From NCBI GenBank assembly GCA_963796875.1, contig CAWCNL010000002.1, positions 1,153,134 to 1,217,133 on the forward strand: a stretch of 64,000 nt of DNA, read 5' to 3'. The position numbers and the translations under genes are program-made. Positions within the stretch are counted from its first letter, which is position 1. Every line of letters begins with the position of its first letter. The notes under the pieces were generated by a model. The model searched no databases, had not been told where the DNA came from, and worked only from the letters and a program-made list of their open reading frames with translations. Origin of the DNA: an uncultured Actinomycetes bacterium (GTDB lineage: Bacteria > Actinomycetota > Thermoleophilia > Gaiellales > JAICJC01). Positions 1 through 8,761 of this stretch are shown in pieces.

Positions 1-17
1 TCCTGGAGGCGACGCAC

Positions 18-1847
18 ATGTGTGGAATTGTTGGATATAGCGGACGGCGAGAGGCCTGCGGGCTGCTGGTCGACGGGCTCGCCCGGCTGGAGTACCGCGG
101 CTACGACTCGGCCGGCATCAGCCTGGTCACCGCCGACGGCATCGAATCGGTGCGGTCGGTCGGAAACCTCGATGCCCTGCGCGGCCGGGTGGCCGAGGAG
201 TGGGGGCAGGGCGCCCGCGCTCACACCGGCATCGGGCACACGCGCTGGGCCACCCACGGCGATGTGACCGAGGCCAACGCCCACCCGCACCGCAGCTGCG
301 ACGGGGCGGTGCACATCGTGTTGAACGGCATCGTCGAGAACCACGAGCAGCTGCGCGACGAGCTCACCCGGCGCGGCTGTGAGTTCAGCTCCGAGACCGA
401 CGCCGAGGTGGTGGCGCACCTGATCGGCTGCCGGTTTGCCGGACTCGACACGGCCACCGCGGCGGCCCGCGCGGCGAGCCACATGCGCGGCCACTTTGCG
501 TTCCTGGCGATCCGCCTGGCCGAGCCCGAGGTGCTCGTCGGCGCCCGGCGGGACTGCCCGATGGTGATCGGGGTCGACCGCGGCGAGGTGTTCGTGGGCT
601 CCGACGTGGCCGCCCTTCCGCCCGACATGCACCGCGTGCTGTTCGTCGCCGACGACGAGATCTGCTGCGTGCGGCCGGGACAGTTCGACCTGCGCACCCT
701 CGACGGCACGCCCGTGCACCGCGAACCGCAGCTGATCGAACGCGACCACTCGAGTGCCGAGCGCGGCGAGCACACCTCGTTCATGCGCAAGGAGGTCGCC
801 GATCAGCCCGACGCGCTGCGCCGCACCATCGCCGCGCACGTGGGTCACAGTCCGGTGACGGCCGGCATCGACGACGAGCTGCTGCGCACCGTGTCGCGGA
901 TCACCCTGACCGGCTGCGGCACGTCACACAACGCGGCGCTCTTGGGACGGCTGCTGATCCAGCGCTGGGCCGGGATCCCCGTGACCACGGCGATCGCCTC
1001 GGAGTGGTGCAGCTCGACGCCGCTCCTGGACGACGGTGAGCTGGTGATCGGCGTGACCCAGTCCGGCGAGACGCGCGACACGATCGCCGCTCTGCGGCTG
1101 GCCCGCAGCCTGGGCGCGCCGACCATCGCGCTGACCAACTCGAGTCTGAGCCAGGCGGCCCGCGAGGCCGATGCGGTGATCACAACCCACGCCGGGATCG
1201 AGGTGGGCGTGGCTGCGACCAAGACGTTCACCACGCAGGTGGCGGCGTTCGCGCTTCTGGCGCTGCATCTGGCGCGGTTGCGCAACGCCCGGCCCGCGGC
1301 CGAGCTGGACGAGCTGGAACGCGAACTCTGCCGGCTGCCCGGGCTCGTCACCGAGACGATCGCCGACACGGCGGCCACGATCACGGCTGCGGCGGCCCGG
1401 CACGCCGACCGGCCGCTCTTCATGTACCTGGGCCGCGACCTGGCCTATCCCGTGGCCAGCGAGGGCGCGCTGAAGATGAAGGAGATCTCCTACGTCCCGG
1501 CCGACGCGTATCCGGCCGGCGAGATGAAGCACGGCCCGCTGGCGCTGCTCAGCAGCGGCTCGCCGGTGGTGTGCGTGGCCACCGACTCGGCCGTGCTCGA
1601 GAAGCTCCTGTCCAACCTTTCCGAAGCGCGGGCGCGCGGCGCGACCACTCTGGTCGTCGCATCCGCCGGCCAGCATCGCGTCCGCGATTACGCGGACGCG
1701 GTGTGCTGGCTGCCGCCCGTACATGCCGATCTGCAGCCGGTGCTCGCGGTGGTGCCGCTGCAGCTGCTCGCCCTCGAGGTGGCAGAGGCCCGTGGCCTCA
1801 ACGTTGACCAGCCGCGCAATCTCGCAAAGACAGTGACGGTGGAATAA
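18..1847 (+). CDS. glmS: glutamine--fructose-6-phosphate aminotransferase (isomerizing)
   Basis: Intact 609-aa ORF. N-terminal MCGIVGY (catalytic Cys2 of Ntn amidotransferases), SIS-type sugar isomerase segments, C-terminal KTVTVE typical of GlmS. GGAGG RBS at 5-9. Confidence 0.95.
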   Translation: MCGIVGYSGRREACGLLVDGLARLEYRGYDSAGISLVTADGIESVRSVGNLDALRGRVAEEWGQGARAHTGIGHTRWATHGDVTEANAHPHRSCDGAVHIVLNGIVENHEQLRDELTRRGCEFSSETDAEVVAHLIGCRFAGLDTATAAARAASHMRGHFAFLAIRLAEPEVLVGARRDCPMVIGVDRGEVFVGSDVAALPPDMHRVLFVADDEICCVRPGQFDLRTLDGTPVHREPQLIERDHSSAERGEHTSFMRKEVADQPDALRRTIAAHVGHSPVTAGIDDELLRTVSRITLTGCGTSHNAALLGRLLIQRWAGIPVTTAIASEWCSSTPLLDDGELVIGVTQSGETRDTIAALRLARSLGAPTIALTNSSLSQAAREADAVITTHAGIEVGVAATKTFTTQVAAFALLALHLARLRNARPAAELDELERELCRLPGLVTETIADTAATITAAAARHADRPLFMYLGRDLAYPVASEGALKMKEISYVPADAYPAGEMKHGPLALLSSGSPVVCVATDSAVLEKLLSNLSEARARGATTLVVASAGQHRVRDYADAVCWLPPVHADLQPVLAVVPLQLLALEVAEARGLNVDQPRNLAKTVTVE

Positions 1848-1849
1848 CC

Positions 1850-3415
1850 ATGAAGCGAATAGCAACCGTGATGGCGGCCGCCACCCTCGGGGTGGCGGTC
1901 ACGGGTGCGATCGCCCCTGCGGCGTTCGCAGCGACCTGTACGGGAAAGACACCGACAGCGCTCTCGTTCACCCGTGCAAAGGGTCATGCCTCGGGCGTTC
2001 TGCACTGGAAGGCACCAGCGGTGCACCCGGCCGGAGCGTCGTATCGCACACTGCGAAACGGCGCGGTTATTGGTCAGACCAAGATGTCGCAGATGGCGAT
2101 TCGGGTCACGGCTGGCAACACGTACGTGTTCGGCGTGCGGGTCGTCGCGCCCAGTGGTGCGGTCTCTCCGTGCCATAACTCGATCAAGCGCGCGGTCACC
2201 TACTACAAGCCCACAGCTCCGAAGACCAGCAGCCTGCAATCGCGCACATCCGACGCGATCACCATCGCGTGGGGGGCCGGGGCCGGCGGCGATGCCCGAC
2301 TCACCGCCTACCGTATTCTGCGCAACGGCACGGTGGTTGGTCAGACCACCAAGCGCACCTACAAGCTCTCGAATCTGTTCTCGTCGACCAACTACACGAT
2401 CACCGTGAAGTCGGTCGACTCGCGCGGCGAGGTGAGTGCGGGCACCTCGCCGGCGGTGAAGACCGCGACGCTCGCGCCCACCCCGTCGACGGGCACCGCG
2501 CATGCCTTCATCCTCGCCAGCACCGACAAGAGCTTCGAGGACTTTCGCTCGCACTACAAGCGGTTCGGCGTGGTCTATCCCACGTACTACGACTGCCTCT
2601 CGAACAACACCATCACCGGCCAGAACGACACCCTGATCACCGGGTGGGCGCAGGCGCGCAAGGTGCTCGTGATGCCGCGCATCAACTGTCAGAGCCAGAC
2701 GGTGCTGCACGACATCCTGAACAACTCCACCGACCGCTCCGCCATCCTCACCCAGCTGGTGAACCTGGTGCAGGACAACGGCTACGACGGGCTCAACATC
2801 GACTTCGAGTCGGGCCAGGCGTCCGATCGCGACGCGCTCACCAGCTTCATCCAGACGCTCGCGAGCGACCTGCACGCGAACGGCAAGAAGCTCACCGTGT
2901 GTGTCGCCGCCGCCTACTACAACCAGCTGGTGGGCCGGCAGGGGTTCTACGACTACAAGGCGCTCGGCTCGGCCGCCGACTACGTGTTCGTGATGGGCTG
3001 GGGATACCACTGGGCCACCTCGGCGCCGGGTTCGATCGACGACATCACCTGGGAGAACCGGGTGGTCAGCTATGTCGACACCATGCCGCTCAAGTCCAAA
3101 TACATCCTGGGGCTCGGCATGTACGGCATGGACTGGCCAGACGGCGGCGGGCCGACCAACCGGGCCACGGCGCTCGAGTACGGGTCGATCCGCGCGTTGA
3201 TGCAGCGGGTGGACGCCACCCCGGTGATGGATCCCACCAGCGAGTCGCCGCACTTCTCGTACACCGAGAAGGGCGTCAGCCATGACGTCTGGTACCAGAA
3301 CGCGACGTCTCTCGGAACGCGGATCGCGCTGGCGGGCGCCAACGGCCTGCACGTGGGGTTCTGGCATCTTGGCGAGGAGGATCCCGCGCTGTGGGATCGT
3401 ACTGACATCCAATAA
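1850..3415 (+). CDS. secreted protein with two FN3-like repeats and a glycoside hydrolase family 18 (chitinase-like) domain
   Basis: 521-aa ORF with a signal-peptide-like N-terminus (MKRIATVMAAATLGVAVTGAIAPAAFA). Two ~90-aa repeats (..YRTLRNGAVIGQT.. / ..YRILRNGTVVGQT..). GH18 catalytic motif YDGLNIDFE. Starts 3 nt after the glmS stop. Confidence 0.8.
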   Translation: MKRIATVMAAATLGVAVTGAIAPAAFAATCTGKTPTALSFTRAKGHASGVLHWKAPAVHPAGASYRTLRNGAVIGQTKMSQMAIRVTAGNTYVFGVRVVAPSGAVSPCHNSIKRAVTYYKPTAPKTSSLQSRTSDAITIAWGAGAGGDARLTAYRILRNGTVVGQTTKRTYKLSNLFSSTNYTITVKSVDSRGEVSAGTSPAVKTATLAPTPSTGTAHAFILASTDKSFEDFRSHYKRFGVVYPTYYDCLSNNTITGQNDTLITGWAQARKVLVMPRINCQSQTVLHDILNNSTDRSAILTQLVNLVQDNGYDGLNIDFESGQASDRDALTSFIQTLASDLHANGKKLTVCVAAAYYNQLVGRQGFYDYKALGSAADYVFVMGWGYHWATSAPGSIDDITWENRVVSYVDTMPLKSKYILGLGMYGMDWPDGGGPTNRATALEYGSIRALMQRVDATPVMDPTSESPHFSYTEKGVSHDVWYQNATSLGTRIALAGANGLHVGFWHLGEEDPALWDRTDIQ

Positions 3416-3484
3416 TCGCAAATTGGTCGGACAAGTGACGCCCAACGTGCCAGGAAGTGAACCCGTGGGGCGGAATCCGTCGAG

Positions 3485-3517
3485 ATGAATAAAAGGGGTC
3501 TGACCCCTTTTATTCAT
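3485..3517. repeat. simple palindromic repeat, GGGGTC-N-GACCCC family (33-nt perfect palindrome)
   Basis: ATGAATAAAAGGGGTC T GACCCCTTTTATTCAT. Same family as 12452-12488 and 52185-52215. The A-tract/GC-stem/T-tract layout resembles a bidirectional intrinsic terminator. Confidence 0.85.
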
Positions 3518-3544
3518 GAGCGTTTCTGCGTTGTCCCCTTAACG

Positions 3545-3581
3545 AGCCGAGGCTCCCTGCAGCTAGGGAGCCTCGGCTTTT
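3545..3581 (+). terminator. intrinsic terminator-like hairpin with T-tail
   Basis: AGCCGAGGCTCCCT-gcagct-AGGGAGCCTCGGCT followed by TTTTG. The 14-bp GC-rich stem lies between the convergent GH18 gene and the minus-strand gene ending at 3633. Confidence 0.6.
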
Positions 3582-3632
3582 GGGGGTAACGGCCCCCCCG
3601 GAGAAGGCCGTTGGGTGGAGCCGCGGTTTGGG

Positions 3633-4127
3633 CTACGGCGTGGTTGCGGTGTACGTCAGCGTGTCGCTGAACGGATTACCCGACACCGCGTCGCCCCACT
3701 GCAGCGCAAGTGCGTACTGCAGCGGCACGTTGGTGACGCCTGCGGCGCCCGTGCCGATCGTCTGACCGGCATTGCTCAGAGTCACGTTGGTGGCGCCGTT
3801 GGTGATCGTCATCCGGCTATCCGGAATCGTCAGCGGCGTGGGGGTGGTCGTGTCCTTGAAGTTGCCGGTGCCGTTGACCTTCAGCGTCCAGCCGGCGTTG
3901 GAAGAAACCGTCGCGGTGGTTGCCGAGGGGACAGTGGTCGTCGATAGCGGGCTGACGGAGCCGAACGAGAACGACGCCGCGCTCAGGGACAGCTGGATGG
4001 CGGCCTGGTTGGTAAAGGTCACCGTCTGGTTCTGCGTTACCGTGGTCGCCGCCGTAGCGGGAGCCACAGCCACCGCAAGAGCGGCGGCGCTGACGCACGC
4101 GGCCAGCGCGATGCGTGCTCGGGACAT
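3633..4127 (-). CDS. small secreted WxL-like domain protein
   Basis: Internal ATG at 4127 of ORF 3633..4574, preceded by AAGGAGAA. Signal peptide MSRARIALAACVSAAALAVAVAPATA. T/S/N-rich beta-type sequence with SNAGWTLKV and a C-terminal ..FSDTLTYTATTP. Paralogous to the C-terminal domain of the 4312..5787 protein. Confidence 0.7.
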   Translation of the reverse strand: MSRARIALAACVSAAALAVAVAPATAATTVTQNQTVTFTNQAAIQLSLSAASFSFGSVSPLSTTTVPSATTATVSSNAGWTLKVNGTGNFKDTTTPTPLTIPDSRMTITNGATNVTLSNAGQTIGTGAAGVTNVPLQYALALQWGDAVSGNPFSDTLTYTATTP

Positions 4128-4311
4128 TGAGCTTCTCCTTGAGACTGTTGGGACGGAACGCCGGCCGGTTTCGGACGACGCAGAACCAATCGGCCCCCCA
4201 CCGGGGGACACCCATGCCCCTTTTGGGGGATTCCCCGCCGCCCTCGGCCGGGTGATGCCCCTGTTTCCGTGTTTGGCAGGAACCTGCGTGTGAATTGCGA
4301 ACGGGGAAGCG

Positions 4312-5787
4312 ATGCAAAACCACCTTGCGCGGTTCGCCGTTCTGGCCCTGGGCCTGACGGCGGCCGTCGTGCTGTCCCCGGCCGCGGCATTCGCGGCCAC
4401 CAATCTGATCCAGAATCCTGGCTTCGAAACGCTGGGCGCAACCACCCAAACCATGTTCTCGGACACGCTCGCCGACATGAGCGCGTGGACGGTGACGAGC
4501 GGTGGAGCGACCGCCTCCGGCGGTGTGCTGACCCCTACCGGTGCCAAGAAGACCTCGGACATCGCCGTGATCACCGGATCGGATCACACCACCAACGGCA
4601 CGTTCCAGGTGCAGGGCATCCCCACCAACGTCGTCGCGGGCCTCTCCGGCGGCCTGGTGTTCCGCTATCAGGGCACCGGGTCGTTCTACGCGTGCACGGT
4701 GACCAGCAATGCGCTGCAGCTGGTCGAGCGCGACAGCGGCGTGGACACGGTGCTCAAGACCTCGGCGATGAGCGTGCAGGCGGGCTTGCCCGGCTGGCTG
4801 CGCGTGACCGCGACCGGGTCGTCGCTGACCTGCGCGGCGTACGGCAACACCAACAACGCGCCGGGCACGCTGATCGCGAGCGTCACGACCACCGACACCA
4901 CGTACACCTACGGCGCGGTGGGCGTCTACGACACCAACACCACCAACGCCGCCGGAAAGATGCTGACGTTCGACAACCCGACGATCACGGGCACGGGGCC
5001 CGCGAGTTGGGGAGCGCTGACGACGACGGCAGGGACGCCCGGCGAGACGGTCGATACCGTGCAGCCGAACACCGGCACCACCTCGCTGCGGCTCTACGCC
5101 GGCGCCTCGACCGACGACGGCTACGTCGCCCAGACGGGGATCGCGGTCACGGCCAACACGACGTACACGCTCTCGGCCAGCATCGCGACTGCCGGTCTGT
5201 CTGCAGCGACCGGCGCCCAGGTGATCGCGATCGAATCGCCCAGCAACACCCAGACCGTGCTCTCGAGCAGCTCGGCAACGGCCGGGTACACGCTCTACTC
5301 CACCACCTTCACCACCAGGACCAACACGACGTCGGTGGCAATCCGGGTGCGGCTGCTTGGCGCCGGCACGGCCAACTTCGACGATCTATCGCTGGCAGTC
5401 GCCAACACCGTCACCCTTGCGCTCAACACCGCCACGGTCGGACTGGGCAACATCTCGCCGCTGACCTCGCCGCTCACACTGCTCTCGGCGACCACCGCGA
5501 CGGTGGTCTCGAACGCCGGGTGGACGCTCTCGGCACTCGGCACCGGCCCGTTCACCGACGGCGCCGGCGGGCACTCGATCGCGCTCTCGGCGCTCGCGTG
5601 GCGGCGCAACGGCACCACCACATTCACCCCGTTCACCACAACCGCGACCACCGTCACCACCGGCACCGCAACCACCCCGGCAGGCGTGGCGACTCCCGTC
5701 GACTACCGCCTGACCGTCGGCTACTCCGACCCAGCCTCGTCCACCCCGTACTCAACGACGATCACCTACGTCGCCACGACCCCGTGA
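4312..5787 (+). CDS. secreted multidomain protein: ConA/LamG-like jelly-roll + CBM4_9-like module + C-terminal WxL-like domain
   Basis: 491-aa ORF with signal peptide MQNHLARFAVLALGLTAAVVLSPAAAFA. NLIQNPGFE and a second CBM-like stretch ending NFDDLSL. The C-terminal ~135 aa share ATTATVVSNAGWTL and ..STTITYVATTP with the 3633..4127 product. Confidence 0.7.
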   Translation: MQNHLARFAVLALGLTAAVVLSPAAAFAATNLIQNPGFETLGATTQTMFSDTLADMSAWTVTSGGATASGGVLTPTGAKKTSDIAVITGSDHTTNGTFQVQGIPTNVVAGLSGGLVFRYQGTGSFYACTVTSNALQLVERDSGVDTVLKTSAMSVQAGLPGWLRVTATGSSLTCAAYGNTNNAPGTLIASVTTTDTTYTYGAVGVYDTNTTNAAGKMLTFDNPTITGTGPASWGALTTTAGTPGETVDTVQPNTGTTSLRLYAGASTDDGYVAQTGIAVTANTTYTLSASIATAGLSAATGAQVIAIESPSNTQTVLSSSSATAGYTLYSTTFTTRTNTTSVAIRVRLLGAGTANFDDLSLAVANTVTLALNTATVGLGNISPLTSPLTLLSATTATVVSNAGWTLSALGTGPFTDGAGGHSIALSALAWRRNGTTTFTPFTTTATTVTTGTATTPAGVATPVDYRLTVGYSDPASSTPYSTTITYVATTP

Positions 5788-5798
5788 GGTAACCAGCC

Positions 5799-6815
5799 AT
5801 GTCCCGCCGTCCCATCATCGCCGTACTCGCCCTGCTCCTGCTCGGCGCGCTGGCCGCTGTCCCCATCGCCGCGGCCACCGACCAGCCGACCACACCGCTC
5901 AGCCTGGGTGTCGCGCCCTCCAAGCTCCAGCTGCGGCTGAAGCCCGGGCACACTGTGCGAGCCAATCTCAAGATCTACAACAAGGGCTCCAAACCCGTGA
6001 CCATCGACGTGTTCCCGCAGGACTACACGGTCGACATGGACTCCAACGTGAAGTTCCTGCCGGCCGGCACGCTGCGTGGATCGGCGGCGCCGTGGACGAC
6101 GCTCTCCGAGACGCTGCTGAAGGTTCCCGCCGGGGGGTATCGCAACGTGGTCGCGACCATCCGCGTACCGCGGAGCATCCCGCCCGGAACCCACACCCTG
6201 GCAATCCTCTTTCGGTCGCACACCATCACCTCTTCGGCGGGCCTGCGCTACCAGTCTGCGGTGGCGTCGTTGATGGCAGCGGGCGTGACCGACGCCAACG
6301 GCGGAGGGCTGGTGCTGAAGGCCGGCGTGCTCGCCAAGTCGACGTCGGTGCAGTGGAAGTCGCTGCTCTCGGTGCGCTCGCCCAGCGGGCTGATCCACGC
6401 CCTGTTCAAGCCGACCATCACCACCAACATCGCTGTGGTCAACTCGGGCAACACGTTCTTCAATATCCTGCACGGCGCGGTGACCTACAAGAAGGGCCTC
6501 TCGCTGGGCGGCTCTGGCACCACCATCAAGGCGCCGCACTACACGATCCTGCCGGGCTCGACGCGCCTGATCACGATCGCGTGGACGAGTGCGCCGTTCA
6601 TCGGCTGGTCGACGGTGCAGACCAGCTTCTACTACAACCCGACCACCGCGCTCTCGCTGACCTCGCCCGATCGCGTGCTGATCATCCCGTGGAACCTGCT
6701 GTTCGTGGTCACGGTGATGACCGCGCTCGTGGTGGTCTGGCGGCTGATGCGCGCCCGCCGCCGGCGCCGCGCGCAGGCTCCGGGCCGCAAGGTGGTCTGG
6801 GCCAACAGCAAGTAA
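5799..6815 (+). CDS. DUF916/DUF3324-like cell-surface protein with C-terminal membrane anchor
   Basis: 338-aa ORF with a signal peptide. Two beta-sandwich-like halves (..LRLKPGHTVRANLKIYNKGSKPVTIDVFPQDY.. and ..VPAGGYRNVVATIRVPRSIPPGTHTLAILF..). C-terminal TM helix followed by RLMRARRRRR. This architecture accompanies WxL genes in Firmicutes csc clusters. Confidence 0.65.
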   Translation: MSRRPIIAVLALLLLGALAAVPIAAATDQPTTPLSLGVAPSKLQLRLKPGHTVRANLKIYNKGSKPVTIDVFPQDYTVDMDSNVKFLPAGTLRGSAAPWTTLSETLLKVPAGGYRNVVATIRVPRSIPPGTHTLAILFRSHTITSSAGLRYQSAVASLMAAGVTDANGGGLVLKAGVLAKSTSVQWKSLLSVRSPSGLIHALFKPTITTNIAVVNSGNTFFNILHGAVTYKKGLSLGGSGTTIKAPHYTILPGSTRLITIAWTSAPFIGWSTVQTSFYYNPTTALSLTSPDRVLIIPWNLLFVVTVMTALVVVWRLMRARRRRRAQAPGRKVVWANSK

Positions 6816-6822
6816 GCACCCG

Positions 6823-6855
6823 ACGCATACCTCGTGCCAGGCACGAGGTATGCGT
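6823..6855. repeat. palindromic repeat, GTGCC-N-GGCAC family (33-nt perfect palindrome)
   Basis: ACGCATACCTCGTGCC A GGCACGAGGTATGCGT, starting 8 nt after the stop of the 5799..6815 gene. Confidence 0.85.
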
Positions 6856-7012
6856 TCGCCTGCGGTGCTAGAGTCACCGATGCCGGTTTGCGCTTGTCCG
6901 AGAACGCGCCGGTCCGCCGCGTCGCCAACGTCATCGTGAGTCCGCCTCCGCGCATGCGCATCCGCGCGCGCCCAGGCTGGGCCCTATCCGACCCGCGAAA
7001 GAGTGTCTCAAC

Positions 7013-7827
7013 GTGTCCGCAGAACCCGCAGTCGAAGTACATGAGCTGACAAAGAAGTTCGTCCGCCGTGACGGCTCGCGGCGGCGTGGTCACAAGCAGT
7101 GGGCCACCGCGCTTGACGCCGTGTCGTTCACCATCGAGCGCGGCGAGTGCGTGGCGATCCTCGGCCAGAACGGCTCGGGCAAGTCGACGCTGGTGCGGCT
7201 GCTCTCGACGCTGCTCCTGCACGACGGCGGCACGGCGCGGGTGTTCGGCGTGGACGTGTTCAAGCATCCCCGCCAGGTGCGACGCATGGTCAACCGGGTG
7301 TCGGTCGAGGCGTCGTTCTTCAAGCGGATGTCGCCGCTCGAGAACCTCAGCTACTCGGCGCGGTTCTACGGGCTGGGGATCAAGGAGACGCGCACGCAGA
7401 TTCCGCTGATCCTGGAGCGGGTCGGGTTTCCCCCGACCGCGCGACCGAGCCGATGGAGGATCTGTCGCGCGGAATGCAGCAGAAGATCGCGCTGGCCCGG
7501 GCGCTGATGACCTCGCCGATGCTGCTGCTGCTGGACGAGCCGACCACGGGGCTCGATCCGCGCTCCAAACGCGAAGTGCAGGCGTTCGTGGCGTCGATCC
7601 GCGAGTCGACCGACGTGACCACGCTTCTGTGCACCCACGACATGGTCGAGGCCGGAGCGATGGCCGATCGCGTCGGGATTCTCCACAACGGCCGGCTGCT
7701 GTGCCTGGAGCCGACCGCCGACATCCTGGCCCGGTACGAGGCCGACGATCTGGAGGGCGCGTTCCTGGCCGCCACCGGTCGCGAGTTTGAGGACGAGTTC
7801 GACGATCGGGAGGTGGCGCAGCAATGA
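7013..7827 (+). pseudogene. ABC transporter ATP-binding protein (ABC-2/DrrA-like), one frameshift
   Basis: The N-terminal part is in ORF 7013..7507 (Walker A GQNGSGKST). The C-terminal part is in ORF 7147..7827 (signature LSRGMQQK, Walker B LLLLDEPT). The frame switches at the C-run ~7430-7434. Confidence 0.85.
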
Positions 7828-7834
7828 TGAAGGG

Positions 7835-8647
7835 ATGCGTCGAGAGGCGATCGGCTTTGCCGGCATCGTCGAGCGAAACACCTATCTGATCCGGCGGTTC
7901 GTGTGGTGGGAGCTGGCGTGGTTCCTCTACACGATCGCCAACACGCTCACGATCGTCTTCATCGCCAAGGGCGTGGAGGCCTCCGGCGGCCACATCGACG
8001 TGAACCAGACGATGATCGTGCTGCTGATCGGCGCGGTCGTGTGGTCGTATCTCGGGCTGATCTTCGAGATCGTCACCGAGACGGTCGCCTGGGAGCGGTG
8101 GGAGGGCACCATCGAATACACGTTCATGGCGCCGCTGTCGCGCCCGGCGCATCTGCTGGGCATGGGCGCGTTCGCGGTGCTCTACGGCGTGCTGCGCACC
8201 ATCCTGCTGTTCGGCGTGGTGGCGTGGATGCTGGGCGTGAACTTCAGCTAACGCGAACTTCACCGGCGCGATCGTGGTGCTGGCCGTGTCCTCGGTGTCG
8301 TTTGTGGGCATCGGCATGATGACCGCGGTGCTGCCGCTGATCTCGCCCGAGAAGGGCACGCAGCTGGGGTTCATCGCGCAGGGCATGCTGCTGGTCGTCT
8401 CGGGTGTCTATTACCCGGTGTCGGTGCTGCCGCAGTGGATGCAGTGGCTGGCCAAGATCTCGCCGGCCACCTATACGCTCGAGGGGGCCGGCACGCGATC
8501 GTGGACGGTGCGGCGCTGGGGGCGCTGTGGGGCGACATGTGGCCGTTGATCGTGATCGGCGTGATCTCGATCCCCGGGGGGCTCTTCATCTTCAACCGTG
8601 GCGAGGTGTACGCCAAGCGCCACGGCCGCCTGAAGCGATCGGGGTAG
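7835..8647 (+). pseudogene. ABC-2 type transporter permease, two frameshifts
   Basis: Hydrophobic protein spread over ORF 7787..8251 (from ATG 7835), ORF 8274..8549 and ORF 8435..8647. Frame switches at ~8230-8250 and at the G-run 8483-8487. Confidence 0.75.
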
Positions 8648-8744
8648 TGCATAAAGGGGTCAGCCACCTTTTGTGCATCCGTTGCGTTGGTTGCAACCCT
8701 TGGCCTCCGCCCATGCACAAAAGGTGGCTGACCCCTTTATGCAT
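8648..8744. repeat. composite palindromic element (~97 bp; 31-nt arms, 34-nt spacer), TGCA-terminus subtype
   Basis: Left arm TGCATAAAGGGGTCAGCCACCTTTTGTGCAT (8648-8678) is the reverse complement of 8713-8743. Near-copy at 45949-46041. Begins 1 nt after the permease stop. Confidence 0.9.
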
Positions 8745-8761
8745 CGTGGCCTGCGATAGGG

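Noticed and set aside
1688-3517. Very long ORFs antisense to, or out of frame with, conserved genes (for example 1688..3517, 924..1865, 6632..8386, 11163..12443, 23871..24911, 27983..29461, 36450..38105, 43908..45521, 60048..61265, 62175..63596).
   Set aside because: Their translations are Arg/Ala/Gly/Pro-rich with no recognisable motifs, and they overlap genes with clear conserved products. Stop-codon-poor alternative frames are expected at this G+C content.
4274-4288. Sigma-54-like promoter TGGCAGGAACCTGCG upstream of the large WxL-like gene.
   Set aside because: The GG-to-GC spacing is one nt short of the -24/-12 consensus. No enhancer-binding protein is nearby, and RpoN is generally absent from the Actinomycetota-like lineage suggested by the gene content.
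3633-4574. Full-length 313-aa version of the minus-strand ORF upstream of the small WxL-like gene.
   Set aside because: The upstream 149 residues are low-complexity and overlap the divergent promoter region and the 5' end of the 4312 gene. The internal ATG at 4127 has a strong AAGGAG RBS and starts a canonical signal peptide.
7425-7440. Programmed ribosomal frameshifting as the explanation for the frame breaks.
   Set aside because: The breaks occur in about 15 unrelated housekeeping and catabolic genes that are single-frame in other bacteria. They lack a common slippery heptamer plus downstream structure, and several sit at plain G or C runs. Indels, whether real or artefactual, are the simpler explanation.
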